A stretch of 64,000 nucleotides of DNA from an uncultured Pseudomonadales bacterium. Its GTDB lineage: Bacteria > Patescibacteriota > Microgenomatia > UBA1400 > MFAQ01. The position numbers and the translations under genes were made by a program. Under the pieces are notes generated by a model, which saw only the letters and a program-made list of their open reading frames with translations, was not told the origin of the DNA and did no database searches. Positions 44,726-53,773 of this stretch are shown piece by piece (the first letter of the stretch is position 1; each line of letters starts with the position of its first letter). Location: NCBI GenBank assembly GCA_964357975.1, contig CAYHNG010000006.1, positions 487-64,486 of the forward strand, in the 5' to 3' direction.

Positions 44726-45100
44726 GTGAGTAAGTCGTGGATTGTTCCTGACAGTTTATGCGTTCCAATACAGAACTACTATTCTGCCAGAACTTCAGGC
44801 GCGACATTACCCTTACCAAACTATTTCCCTCCTGAATTTGAAACAATAGGTATAAAGAAAAGAGGCTCAGATAGAAACGAATATTACGGAATGGTAGTTA
44901 CCAATCCCCATAATTATCCATATAATTATGTTTTTGGATTTTCTTACCTCGACAAGAAGGATTGTCAAGCTGACGAAGATCTGTACGTATTTGATTTCAT
45001 TAAAAAGAAAATTGAATACTTTCCTAGAGGCTCTTACGAGGAAGAGAATTCTCTATACGCTGATACTCATAAAGGAATTAAAGACTATTTAATTCCGTAA
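44726..45100 (+). CDS. hypothetical protein (124 aa)
   Basis: ORF only. Confidence 0.4.
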   Translation: MSKSWIVPDSLCVPIQNYYSARTSGATLPLPNYFPPEFETIGIKKRGSDRNEYYGMVVTNPHNYPYNYVFGFSYLDKKDCQADEDLYVFDFIKKKIEYFPRGSYEEENSLYADTHKGIKDYLIP

Positions 45101-45238
45101 ACATAAGTGATCTTGTGTCTGCGCTCATTGGTCGCTTTGTTGTATTGAAGTACCAGTATGTGAAAGAATCATTTGGATTATAATCTCATAGAAGTTACCG
45201 AGAAATAGAACTTTTATTTTGTTTATCAGGAGGTATCG

Positions 45239-45493
45239 ATGCCAGTCAAAGGAAATATTACTGTGGACGACAAATACTGCAAAGGATGCGAACTTTGTGT
45301 TGCGGTTTGCCCTCAGGGCTTACTCGAAATAGATCCGGAACGCCTGACACCTAAAGGATACCACCCGGCACACTTGACCGGGGATGGGTGTACGGGATGT
45401 GCAGTATGCGCCCTAGTTTGCCCAGATGCTGCGATTACGGTGTACCGAGAAGCAAAACAGACTCCAACAAAAGACAAAGCAGAAAACAACTAA
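45239..45493 (+). CDS. 2x[4Fe-4S] ferredoxin
   Basis: Two CxxCxxCxxxCP motifs (CKGCELCVAVCP, CTGCAVCALVCP). GGAGG RBS. Followed by a terminator. Confidence 0.8.
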   Translation: MPVKGNITVDDKYCKGCELCVAVCPQGLLEIDPERLTPKGYHPAHLTGDGCTGCAVCALVCPDAAITVYREAKQTPTKDKAENN

Positions 45494-45516
45494 CTCACCG
45501 GAAGGTGAGTTTTTTT
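45494..45516 (+). terminator. rho-independent terminator after the ferredoxin gene
   Basis: CTCACC-GGAA-GGTGAG followed by TTTTTTT immediately after the stop codon. Confidence 0.6.
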
Positions 45517-45611
45517 ACGGGTTAAGAAACGTAAAAAGGCGAATAAGTTTGTAGCGTCGGGGGTGGGCAGGGTTTTCGCTGATGTTTTGGGTGTAAAATA
45601 TTCCATTAAAT

Positions 45612-46325
45612 ATGGTAGAAAATGAAATCAGCATAGCCAAACTTGGTCACCTAGAAAAAACACGTACCTACCCCACTAAGTATGTTTATCCAATTCCAAG
45701 AACTCGAGACGGATGGGAGGAGAAAAAATATGTCTATTTGGATTTTGGAACAAACCATAAGGTCAGTCTGCTCACGAGAAAAGTAGAAAATTTTTGTTTA
45801 CCCGCTCTAAATGGGTTCGATTTTGCGGTGAAACCATCATTTTCGGAAACCTATTCAATCGCCTGGAAAACCTTGAAAGATCGAGGGTTTGTGGTTGTAC
45901 CTACAGTAAGAATTGTTGATACAGACACTGTGGCAACCACGAATTTGTCAGTTGATGAAGTCACCAGTATCTACGATCAGAAAATAGATGCCGCAGAAGT
46001 AAGAGATACCTTTCCTATGGACAAATTCTTTATGGATATTCCGCTAAGAAAACTCCAACAAGCAGCAGACAATATTGTTGGCCTGGCAAATAAATCGGGG
46101 GTAGAACTAATGTCTGATGGACCATTTCATATAGTGGTTAATGGAGACGGAAGCTGGTATTTGATACTTCTGGACATTGGAAAGGTGAGAATATACAACA
46201 AACCCAACGAGTTACCCAAATCATCCGTAAAAGATAATGTTTTTTACGTAAACAAGGCAATGACTGCTTTTGCAAGAATTCAGAAAAACATAAGAAGTCT
46301 TCGTGAAGCGCGGGGGTTTACTTAA
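45612..46325 (+). CDS. hypothetical protein (237 aa)
   Basis: ORF only; no motif recognised. Confidence 0.45.
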   Translation: MVENEISIAKLGHLEKTRTYPTKYVYPIPRTRDGWEEKKYVYLDFGTNHKVSLLTRKVENFCLPALNGFDFAVKPSFSETYSIAWKTLKDRGFVVVPTVRIVDTDTVATTNLSVDEVTSIYDQKIDAAEVRDTFPMDKFFMDIPLRKLQQAADNIVGLANKSGVELMSDGPFHIVVNGDGSWYLILLDIGKVRIYNKPNELPKSSVKDNVFYVNKAMTAFARIQKNIRSLREARGFT

Positions 46326-46392
46326 AGGAACTAAGGATTTGTTAGGCGGGTGTTTTTGCGGGTACCGCAGGCTGGGGTGGTGCCCCATAATG

Positions 46393-46421
46393 TTGACTTT
46401 TGAGGCTTTTTGAGGTATAAT
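46393..46421 (+). promoter_or_regulatory. near-consensus sigma70 promoter with no annotated downstream gene
   Basis: TTGACT - 17 nt - TATAAT (46393-46398 / 46416-46421). Confidence 0.5.
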
Positions 46422-46467
46422 TTCGAAGTTAAGCAAGTTCATTTCAATTCTACAGATTGGAGGCTAT

Positions 46468-46572
46468 ATGGCATCAAATATTGCCGCAGTACGGAGACAG
46501 CGCTCCGACGCAGATATCATTACCCGAAGCTGGGATCAAAACTTCAATATCTGGCTTCGGAACATGCACTAG
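46468..46572 (+). CDS. possible 34-aa small ORF downstream of the orphan promoter
   Basis: GGAGG 4 nt upstream of the ATG. Translation: MASNIAAVRRQRSDADIITRSWDQNFNIWLRNMH. Followed by palindromic GTCGAC/CGAGCTCG-type hairpins. Could alternatively be a noncoding transcript. Confidence 0.3.
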   Translation: MASNIAAVRRQRSDADIITRSWDQNFNIWLRNMH

Positions 46573-46780
46573 GATGTTTCCGGTGTCGGAGCGGCCCTAC
46601 GAAGAGAGGCGGCTTCGATGGAGATAATACCACTAGTGACGTCGATTAAGGTCGACGGTGATTCTGACGACGGTGAAGGAGTGTCACTATTAACCTCTGT
46701 CGGTTGATTTTCTTCCATATATACTTGGACTTAATTGGTATAAGTAAATAATATACTGGAAATATAAAAAATATAAACTA

Positions 46781-47425
46781 CTAGAGACAGCTGAGGTTAC
46801 TGCGACAAGCAGAGGCCGCAACTTCATCTGTAGTCTTGGAACAAATTTGACAAATCTTGGTCAGGTCTTCGTTAAGCTTTTGAGTGGTTTCACCGGAATC
46901 TTCGAAGACAAAGTCGGCGGGAACTTTGAAGACCGGATCCACATCATCCCACTGATAGCAGAGTCTGTCTCCGGAGATCTTTGACCCATTGAGCCTTTTG
47001 ACCTCATCAAGTGGTGAAGTGACGATTGTAAGAGGAAGAGAGGAAAGTTTGACCTTCTTGCCGGGAGGGTTGACCACTACATCGTCCTTATTGAAGCGGT
47101 GCGGCTGATTCCAAACGTAGAGCCACTGTCCATCGGAGAGTACTTGAAGATTGAGAGCCTTTTCTTCCGTCATGGCGGCTACTCGGTAATCGAAGCGGGT
47201 GAAATTACCCGATTGGTAGGTAAAAAGCTCAACTGTTTCACTGCCGGAAACAATGACGTTTTGGCATTTGGTGATTTTCTCAAGAACCGGAGATGGGGAG
47301 GCTGTAGGTGTAAGGGAGCCGGGTGTGGTTTTGGTGGGAGACCAGACGCGGCGACTAAAAATGAAGATAAAGATCAAGAGAAATAACAGAGCGAAAAGAA
47401 AAACTTTCTTACTTTTTCTTGTCAT
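46781..47425 (-). CDS. hypothetical secreted protein (214 aa)
   Basis: Signal/TM N-terminus, Pro/Thr-rich linker, C-terminal Cys pairs. Confidence 0.5.
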   Translation of the reverse strand: MTRKSKKVFLFALLFLLIFIFIFSRRVWSPTKTTPGSLTPTASPSPVLEKITKCQNVIVSGSETVELFTYQSGNFTRFDYRVAAMTEEKALNLQVLSDGQWLYVWNQPHRFNKDDVVVNPPGKKVKLSSLPLTIVTSPLDEVKRLNGSKISGDRLCYQWDDVDPVFKVPADFVFEDSGETTQKLNEDLTKICQICSKTTDEVAASACRSNLSCL

Positions 47426-47506
47426 ACGTTATAGTATATCGCATAATACACAACAATTTGCCATTTGGAAAGTAAGCGGCACGTTTGTTGAAATATAATC
47501 AAAGAA

Positions 47507-47710
47507 ATGGAGACCAAAAAAAGAGAGTTGGAGGAACAACTTAAAAGAGCACAAACAAAACTGGAACAAGCCATGAAAGAACAGGGAGAAGCCTGTGGAG
47601 AAAACTGCGATTGGCATGATAATAATGCCTACGATTTGGCGGTAAGTTTGACCGAAACATACCAATCTTTGGTAGACTCGATCAAGAAGCAAATCAAAGA
47701 TTTGAAATAG
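47507..47710 (+). CDS. small coiled-coil protein resembling the GreA/Rnk N-terminal domain only
   Basis: 67 aa. EACGENCDWHDNNAYDLAV parallels the GreA N-terminal motif GDLSENAEYDAAK. No C-terminal FKBP-like domain. Confidence 0.4.
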   Translation: METKKRELEEQLKRAQTKLEQAMKEQGEACGENCDWHDNNAYDLAVSLTETYQSLVDSIKKQIKDLK

Positions 47711-47716
47711 TAAAAT

Positions 47717-49357
47717 GTGACAAGAAAATTTTTAATGATAACTACCGCCAAACTGGATACCCGCCAAAAAAAATGGCTGAAAAAGAACAAACATAAGTTG
47801 GGTGAAAGACTTGAGAACAAACAGGAAATCGCAACCCCAGCGAAGTACGAAGCACCTCTTCTGTGGGGATTGTTGGCGGCGGCCTTACTAATCTGGATGA
47901 TTAGCCTGCCGAACAAGTTTGTGTCTGATGATATCCCAACGATTTTGAATAATGCCAAGGTGGGTACGTGGAGCATTAACCTCCTCCAACCATGGTGGTC
48001 TTTTCAATATCTAATTTATGCAATCCTGACTAATATATTCGGACTCGTCCCCTGGCCGTTAAGACTGACCGGTATTCTATTTCACCTAACTGCCTCATTT
48101 ATATTGTTCAAAATTGTCCGAAGGTGGTACAGCTTCCTGGCGGCGATCATCGCGGTCGCTTTGTTTGTGGTGGCCCCCACCGTAGTTGAACCGGTAGTGT
48201 GGATTTCGGGCATGCCCTATGTCTTAGGGGGAATGCTGACGATGTTTTGCATCTTCTTACACCTGGATGAAAAGCAAACATTACTAAAACAGGTCGCCGA
48301 AGTTGCTTTTTGGACCTTGTCGGTAATCTCGTGCGAAAAATTTATTTTTATTCCCGTATTGTTATTAATTTGGGATTGGAGAGAAAAAAGATTGGGGAAA
48401 ATGGGTGTGGTTTTGGTGGGTCTTTTTTTGATGTCTTTGTTAAGAGGAATAGGGGTGATCTCTGTCTACACCGAGCGAGCTGCGATATTGAACAACTCAT
48501 ATTACACGGTAGCCGGAGGAATAATTGAAAACCCAATCGCCAAGATATTGGTACCTACAGGAAATTATCTTTGGCTTTATTTTTGGCCTAAGGCTCTGAC
48601 CCTGTACCACTCGGAAGTGGACCTGAGCCGGAAATTTGTTTTTTTCTTCGGCGGAATTTTTGTGCTTTTTTGTCTTTGGGCGTGGGCAGGTACAAAGAAA
48701 ATTAAGAACTTTTGGCTGTGGCCGGCGCTATTTATAACTTCACTGCTGGTGACTCTGACTCCTACAGGGATGAACATGATGGTGGCGGAAAGATATGCCT
48801 ATTTTGGCTATGCCTTCTTGGCCGTGATGATTTCTCTAACCGTTACCGATATTGCCCGGAAAAAGAAACAGAGTGTGGCCCTGTACTGCCTGGTAGCGGT
48901 CTGGGTTTTACTCATGGCCGGTAGGACCATATTACGGATTAGGGACTGGAGGACGGCTGACGCATTGTGGTTTTCGGCCGAAGAGTATTCTCCCAGTAGT
49001 CCAATAAATCACAATAACCTGGGGGATGCGTATGTCAACCTGCATAATGCCGAAAAAGCGATTGAGGAGTTTACTATAGCCATTGAGCTAAATCCGAATT
49101 ACGCGGATGCCATGCATAACAGAGCATCGACCTACATGATATTAGGTGAAAAAGTAAAAGCCAGAGATGGTTTTGAGGAGGCTCTCAAGACTAACCCTAA
49201 TCTATGGATGTCGTATCTCAAACTAGCATTTTTGGATGAGTCGGATAATGACTGGAATCAGGCAATCGTCCATGCGAACAAGGCTTTGGAGATAGTCGAC
49301 TTGCCGGTTATTCGACGCTACATAGAGCTTCTGAGGCAGAAGGCAGGCCAAAAATAA
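47717..49357 (+). CDS. polytopic membrane protein with C-terminal TPR repeats (PMT/ArnT-like glycosyltransferase candidate)
   Basis: About 10 TM helices in the first 400 aa, and a C-terminal roughly 130 aa with 3-4 TPR units (NLGDAYVNLHNAEKAIEEF..., ADAMHNRASTYMILGE...). Confidence 0.6.
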   Translation: MTRKFLMITTAKLDTRQKKWLKKNKHKLGERLENKQEIATPAKYEAPLLWGLLAAALLIWMISLPNKFVSDDIPTILNNAKVGTWSINLLQPWWSFQYLIYAILTNIFGLVPWPLRLTGILFHLTASFILFKIVRRWYSFLAAIIAVALFVVAPTVVEPVVWISGMPYVLGGMLTMFCIFLHLDEKQTLLKQVAEVAFWTLSVISCEKFIFIPVLLLIWDWREKRLGKMGVVLVGLFLMSLLRGIGVISVYTERAAILNNSYYTVAGGIIENPIAKILVPTGNYLWLYFWPKALTLYHSEVDLSRKFVFFFGGIFVLFCLWAWAGTKKIKNFWLWPALFITSLLVTLTPTGMNMMVAERYAYFGYAFLAVMISLTVTDIARKKKQSVALYCLVAVWVLLMAGRTILRIRDWRTADALWFSAEEYSPSSPINHNNLGDAYVNLHNAEKAIEEFTIAIELNPNYADAMHNRASTYMILGEKVKARDGFEEALKTNPNLWMSYLKLAFLDESDNDWNQAIVHANKALEIVDLPVIRRYIELLRQKAGQK

Positions 49358-49370
49358 CACGGTGTTATTG

Positions 49371-49907
49371 CTAGTTTACTTTGGCCGGAATAGTGGGAAT
49401 AGCCTTCATCATTTCTGAGAAGTCAGTGAACTGGACGTCGGCGGGAGGAGCAAAATCTGTATCCGATACCCCACCTCTGGTACAGTCCATCTTGTACTTG
49501 GTCTCATCGTCATAACCGGCGGTTTGTTGAGCCGCATCTATCGGAGCCACAGCTGAGGGTGTCTCGGAAGGTTGGAGAGGTTTCTCTATTTCGAGTTTGG
49601 TCTTGAAGCCGGTTTTTTCACCTTCGTTCCAGATATATGAGTAAGTTCCGTCGTTGATCATTGTACCCTTCTGACCTTCACCAATATCCGACCCGACGAA
49701 CTTCATCTTTTTGCCGGAGACGATAATTTGGGTGCTTGAGTTATCTGCTAGATTGGTTACTAGGCACTTGGCCTGGCCGCCGCGACTAATGATCTGAGAC
49801 AATTTTTCGGCCTTTTGCTGTTCGGTACCGGTAATGGGGGTCTGGGGAAAGAGAGTACAGCCGGAAAGAAATAAAGCGGCCGGAAGAATAAAGGCGAGCT
49901 TTTTCAT
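49371..49907 (-). CDS. lipoprotein, hypothetical
   Basis: Lipobox LSGC. 178 aa. Confidence 0.5.
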   Translation of the reverse strand: MKKLAFILPAALFLSGCTLFPQTPITGTEQQKAEKLSQIISRGGQAKCLVTNLADNSSTQIIVSGKKMKFVGSDIGEGQKGTMINDGTYSYIWNEGEKTGFKTKLEIEKPLQPSETPSAVAPIDAAQQTAGYDDETKYKMDCTRGGVSDTDFAPPADVQFTDFSEMMKAIPTIPAKVN

Positions 49908-49951
49908 ACAAAAAAGTAATTAATATAGTTTGATTATATCGAAATTTTGGG

Positions 49952-50653
49952 TTAGTGGGGAGAGTTCCGACGATGTCTTAAGGTTCGGTTAGCAATGAAT
50001 AATATTCCAATGAGAAAAAGGTTAATGACCACACTAATGAGAAGAGTGGTAGAGATGGTGTCGGATAGAGAAATGATCTTGGAAGATGGACTGATGAAGA
50101 TCTGGAAACCTAGTATCCAGGCCAAAAGACCGGCTACAAACACAATAATGACCAAAGGCAACGTCTGCCGAATGTCTGACCAGCTGGGGAAAAAAGAGTT
50201 GGCAACGGTAAAAAAAAGATAACCCTGAAGAAAGGCCACCGCCCACTGACCGGAGCCGGAGCTGGTCTGAATGAGAGAAGCCAACCAAATCAAGAGAATA
50301 AGACCGACCACAAAAGGAGCTGTCCCAATAAAAAAACCTTGTATGGGGTTAGGTTTCTGTGTTTGGACATAGCCCAAAGCCACTGTTTGCCCCCGTCCTT
50401 CATCTTCCCAATCATCTTCAAGGAGTTCCGGGAAAATCTCAATTTTTCCGGTTCTGGCTCCCGTAATGATGGCAAAAAAGAAATGGGACATTTCGTGAAT
50501 GACTGTACCGGGTAAAAAAATAAGACTCCAAATGACGATAAGACTCCGATTTCCACCTCCGAAGAGATGAATGAGGTGGCTAATTTCGACAGTCAACCAT
50601 TTCTTGGAAAAGAAAATTAGAAGCAGGCTAATTAGGACAAACACGATGGACAT
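49952..50653 (-). CDS. polytopic membrane protein with HExxH motif (putative intramembrane zinc metallopeptidase)
   Basis: VIHEMSHFF lies within a hydrophobic segment. About 6 TM helices. Confidence 0.5.
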   Translation of the reverse strand: MSIVFVLISLLLIFFSKKWLTVEISHLIHLFGGGNRSLIVIWSLIFLPGTVIHEMSHFFFAIITGARTGKIEIFPELLEDDWEDEGRGQTVALGYVQTQKPNPIQGFFIGTAPFVVGLILLIWLASLIQTSSGSGQWAVAFLQGYLFFTVANSFFPSWSDIRQTLPLVIIVFVAGLLAWILGFQIFISPSSKIISLSDTISTTLLISVVINLFLIGILFIANRTLRHRRNSPH

Positions 50654-50681
50654 CTAAGCATTAGTATACGGCCAATAAATT

Positions 50682-50954
50682 GTGTATGATGAATTTATGT
50701 ACAACTATTATCAAAACATGATGCTCTCGGGCTCATTTAGCTGGTTATACTTTTTCGTGCTGTTGGACTTAATCCTGAAAGGGATAGCCCTCTATAAAAG
50801 TGCCGGAAGGAAGCAGGTTATCTGGTTTGTCGCTCTCCTCCTGGTAAACAGTTTGGGTATATTGCCGACCATCTACTTGGTGATTCACAAGGATGTCTTT
50901 GTGGGAACTACCCAAAAGACCGCCGTTAAGAAAGTTGCTAAGAGAAAGAAATAA
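50682..50954 (+). CDS. small membrane protein (90 aa)
   Basis: Two TM helices and a basic C-terminus. Confidence 0.4.
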   Translation: MYDEFMYNYYQNMMLSGSFSWLYFFVLLDLILKGIALYKSAGRKQVIWFVALLLVNSLGILPTIYLVIHKDVFVGTTQKTAVKKVAKRKK

Positions 50955-50987
50955 AAAGCCCCGCAGGTAATGCAGGGCGCGTATTTA

Positions 50988-52721
50988 CTAAGTTTGCAAG
51001 GAAACCATTTTGGCATAGAGTCCATTTTGGAGAACCAGTTGCTGATGAGTTCCTTCCTCAACTTTTTTGCCGTTATCCATGACAACTATTTTGTTGGCCA
51101 GTCCCCAAACGGTAGACAATCGATGAGCAATGACAATGGCGGTTTTCCCGGTAAGGATGGTACGCATACTGGTTTGGATTTCGTTTTCGGTGATCGCATC
51201 CACAGCACTGGTGGCTTCGTCCAAGATGAGAATCGGTCGGTCGGCCAAAATGGCTCTGGCCAGAGCGACTCGCTGTTTTTGACCTCCGGACAAACGAACG
51301 CCTCTCTCGCCTACCTGGGTGTGGAAGCCATCTTTTAGATTCAAGACGAAATCGAGAATGCCGGCAAGTTTTGCGGCGCGTTCAACTTCTTCGTCGGTAG
51401 CTTCCGGACAGGGAAAAGCGATGTTGTAACGAATAGTTTCGTCAAAGATATAAACATCATCACCCTGAGGGACGTAGGAGAACTGTTCTAGAAGTTGATG
51501 GCCGTCCCAATCATTGATGTCCACCCCACCTACCTGAATGAGGCCTTTTTGGCAGCGTGCCAGACGGGTGACTATTTTACGAATAGTGGTTTTACCGGCG
51601 CCTGACGGACCAACCAAAGCAACAATTTGACCAGGCTCTACCTCCAGACTGAAGTCGTGCAAAGCGCCATCTTCTTCGGTGTAATCCCCGTCGTAAGCGA
51701 AGCAGACATCCTGGAGACTAATACCTAAAGGTTGGCCGGAGATCTCTCGGACTGTTCCTGTCTCCAGCGGCTCTTCCTCCCCCAGAAGATCAGCCAACCT
51801 TTTGGCTCCTTCACTATTCTGAGCCGCACGGTCCAGCAGTCTGGCAAAGCGCCAAAAACTGGAAAACAATCGTTCAACCAAGACGCTCACGAAGATCAGA
51901 GCGGCAATAGTGAGAGTCCCCTGCGTGAGCTGTAATATCCAGATCGCCAGAATAATTCGACGGGCGACTGTGAGGATTCTTATCCGCCAACGGTTGTACT
52001 TAAAGACACCCAGTCGGTGTTCTTTGAGGGCTTCACCAATAATGCCATCGTGAATTTTGGCCTGATCTTCCAACAGCCGATCTTGTTGGCCAAACATCAG
52101 ATTGGTTTCCACCGACTGAACTGAGGCGATGGATTTGTTCCATTCTTCCTCGTAGAAGTCTTGACGCTTGGCTCTGAAAGGCTCTTTTTCGGCGTTCCCT
52201 TTGATAGTGAGCCAAGCAAAAAGCACAAACGTGACGATAGCTATCAAAGCGACCCACGGGCTAATAAAAAATAACGGAATGAGACTGATAACGGTTTGGA
52301 CGACTGTCGGGACAAACTCCCAGCTCATCACATCCACTATCTCCAGAGTTTTCCACACACCGTCACCGACCTTGCCGACCAAGGTGCCGGAGTTGTGTTT
52401 GTGGTGCCAAGCCATATTCATCTTGAGAAACTTGGAAACGGCGGAAAGTTTCAAATGCCGAAAGATAGGATGACTTTGTTTGGCAATAATATGCCAATCA
52501 AAAGCGTTGTCCAACCGCATGTTGATTTCATCGAAAACAAGCAGTCCAAGTATCAGCAAAATCCAGATTAAGGGAGCAATTCCGCTGCCAAAAAGAGTAA
52601 CGACCAGGCTAATAACATAGCTGTTACCCAACTGAACCGTCTCGTACAGAACAGCGATAAATACAAAAACGAGAAAAGTACGGTGAAACGGTGCCAAGAG
52701 AGACCAGATTTTCTTGATCAT
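50988..52721 (-). CDS. ABC exporter, fused permease/ATPase (MsbA-like type I exporter)
   Basis: An N-terminal 6-TM domain, then the NBD with GPSGAGKTT, LSGGQKQRVALARA, ILILDEATSAVD and an H-loop. Confidence 0.85.
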   Translation of the reverse strand: MIKKIWSLLAPFHRTFLVFVFIAVLYETVQLGNSYVISLVVTLFGSGIAPLIWILLILGLLVFDEINMRLDNAFDWHIIAKQSHPIFRHLKLSAVSKFLKMNMAWHHKHNSGTLVGKVGDGVWKTLEIVDVMSWEFVPTVVQTVISLIPLFFISPWVALIAIVTFVLFAWLTIKGNAEKEPFRAKRQDFYEEEWNKSIASVQSVETNLMFGQQDRLLEDQAKIHDGIIGEALKEHRLGVFKYNRWRIRILTVARRIILAIWILQLTQGTLTIAALIFVSVLVERLFSSFWRFARLLDRAAQNSEGAKRLADLLGEEEPLETGTVREISGQPLGISLQDVCFAYDGDYTEEDGALHDFSLEVEPGQIVALVGPSGAGKTTIRKIVTRLARCQKGLIQVGGVDINDWDGHQLLEQFSYVPQGDDVYIFDETIRYNIAFPCPEATDEEVERAAKLAGILDFVLNLKDGFHTQVGERGVRLSGGQKQRVALARAILADRPILILDEATSAVDAITENEIQTSMRTILTGKTAIVIAHRLSTVWGLANKIVVMDNGKKVEEGTHQQLVLQNGLYAKMVSLQT

Positions 52722-52752
52722 ATTACCTCCAAGATTAAGTTAAGGTGCGCAC

Positions 52753-52779
52753 AAAAAAACGCCGCGTATGCTGCGGCGT
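52753..52779 (-). terminator. hairpin + U-run (minus-strand sense) about 30 nt upstream of the ABC exporter start; possible attenuator or read-through terminator
   Basis: ACGCCGC-GTATGCT-GCGGCGT 7-bp stem. Seven A on the plus strand 5' of it, giving a U-run after the hairpin in minus-strand RNA. Confidence 0.35.
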
Positions 52780-52995
52780 TTGCGTAAATCTAAAGTGGCA
52801 AGTTATGGATTGATATACGCAAGAACCGAAGCACAATTAAGGCCAGAAAGACCCTCCGCAAAACTTTGCGGAAGAGTTAACCTGATATTTAGGACAGTGT
52901 TTCTCATATAGTTTGCCAATAAAGGCAAATGGTACTATATCATCATCTTATGGGCTTGTCAACCGGGAGTTCTAGGTAAGTAATATAATTAAATT

Positions 52996-53247
52996 ATGTC
53001 GAGCGTAAACAACATAAATATAAACATTAACCTAGCTGGAATTCAAAAGATTGTGGCCGACATCAGCCTCAGATTGAGTCATCTGAGTGGGAACGACGTG
53101 GCTTTTATCTTACTTGCTATCATATTACCGCCCATCGCCGTTCTGCTTAAGGTAGGCTTAACTACTCAGTTTTGGATAAATGTCATTTTGACTATTTTGG
53201 GAGTAGTACCAGGACAGATTCACGCTCTTTGGATCGTCCTTTTTTAG
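52996..53247 (+). CDS. Pmp3/YqaE (UPF0057) family small membrane protein
   Basis: The C-terminal roughly 55 aa (VAFILLAIILPPIAVLLKVGLTTQFWINVILTILGVVPGQIHALWIVLF) match the family signature ...ILPP.GV.L..G....F.IN..LT.LG.IPG.IHA..V. The ATG-based ORF carries a roughly 28-aa N-terminal extension, so the true start may be internal or non-ATG. Confidence 0.6.
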   Translation: MSSVNNINININLAGIQKIVADISLRLSHLSGNDVAFILLAIILPPIAVLLKVGLTTQFWINVILTILGVVPGQIHALWIVLF

Positions 53248-53277
53248 ACTCTAAGCTCCCGACAGATTAGCCCAAAC

Positions 53278-53751
53278 TTATTTTCGCACAGAGGCACTAG
53301 GGGTGGCTGTTCTCACCTGAGGGTTGAGCTGAATGTTTTGGGCGGTCACACTACCATCGGCGTTGGTCTGACCAAAAATGGAGACTTGCTCTCCCACTTT
53401 CAGATCGTCAGTGACAGCTGTTTGAGCTTTGTTGATTTGAGTAGTGGAAGAAAGAAAAATAATTTTACTACCGCCGTCGTTCATCTTTACAGTGAGACTT
53501 TTACCGTCGGAACTGGTAATTTCCCCTGCTACAGGACGATTAATTCCTCCCCTGTTTTGTCCCATTTGAGAGTTGCTTAGTAGAGTTTGTCCATTTTGAC
53601 CTGCTTGGTCTCGATTTCGTTGGTTAAATTGATTAACAAAGGCTGTTTTTTTGTTTGACTGATATTTGGTTCCACCGTAGAAACCAACCCCAAGAGAGAG
53701 GAGGATGGAAACTACAAGTACTGCTGTTTGATTTTGTTTGGTGTTTGTCAT
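53278..53751 (-). CDS. hypothetical secreted protein (157 aa), last gene of the efflux operon
   Basis: N-terminal TM/signal helix and a Q/N/G-rich mature region. Confidence 0.5.
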   Translation of the reverse strand: MTNTKQNQTAVLVVSILLSLGVGFYGGTKYQSNKKTAFVNQFNQRNRDQAGQNGQTLLSNSQMGQNRGGINRPVAGEITSSDGKSLTVKMNDGGSKIIFLSSTTQINKAQTAVTDDLKVGEQVSIFGQTNADGSVTAQNIQLNPQVRTATPSASVRK

Positions 53752-53773
53752 TTTGTCTGTTTATTAATTAATA

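Noticed and set aside
46410-46649. 79-aa ORF listed in the six-frame track
   Set aside because: Its ATG lies inside the -10 region and spacer of the strong promoter at 46393-46421, and it lacks an RBS. The differently framed 34-codon ORF with GGAGG is the more plausible coding candidate, if any.
34911-47500. Integrase or recombinase at the island boundaries
   Set aside because: Every ORF of 200 aa or more in and around the island was read; none shows the tyrosine-recombinase R..HxxR..Y pattern or serine-recombinase N-terminal motifs. The FtsK-like protein is ATPase-dead. The island is therefore reported without a mobility gene.
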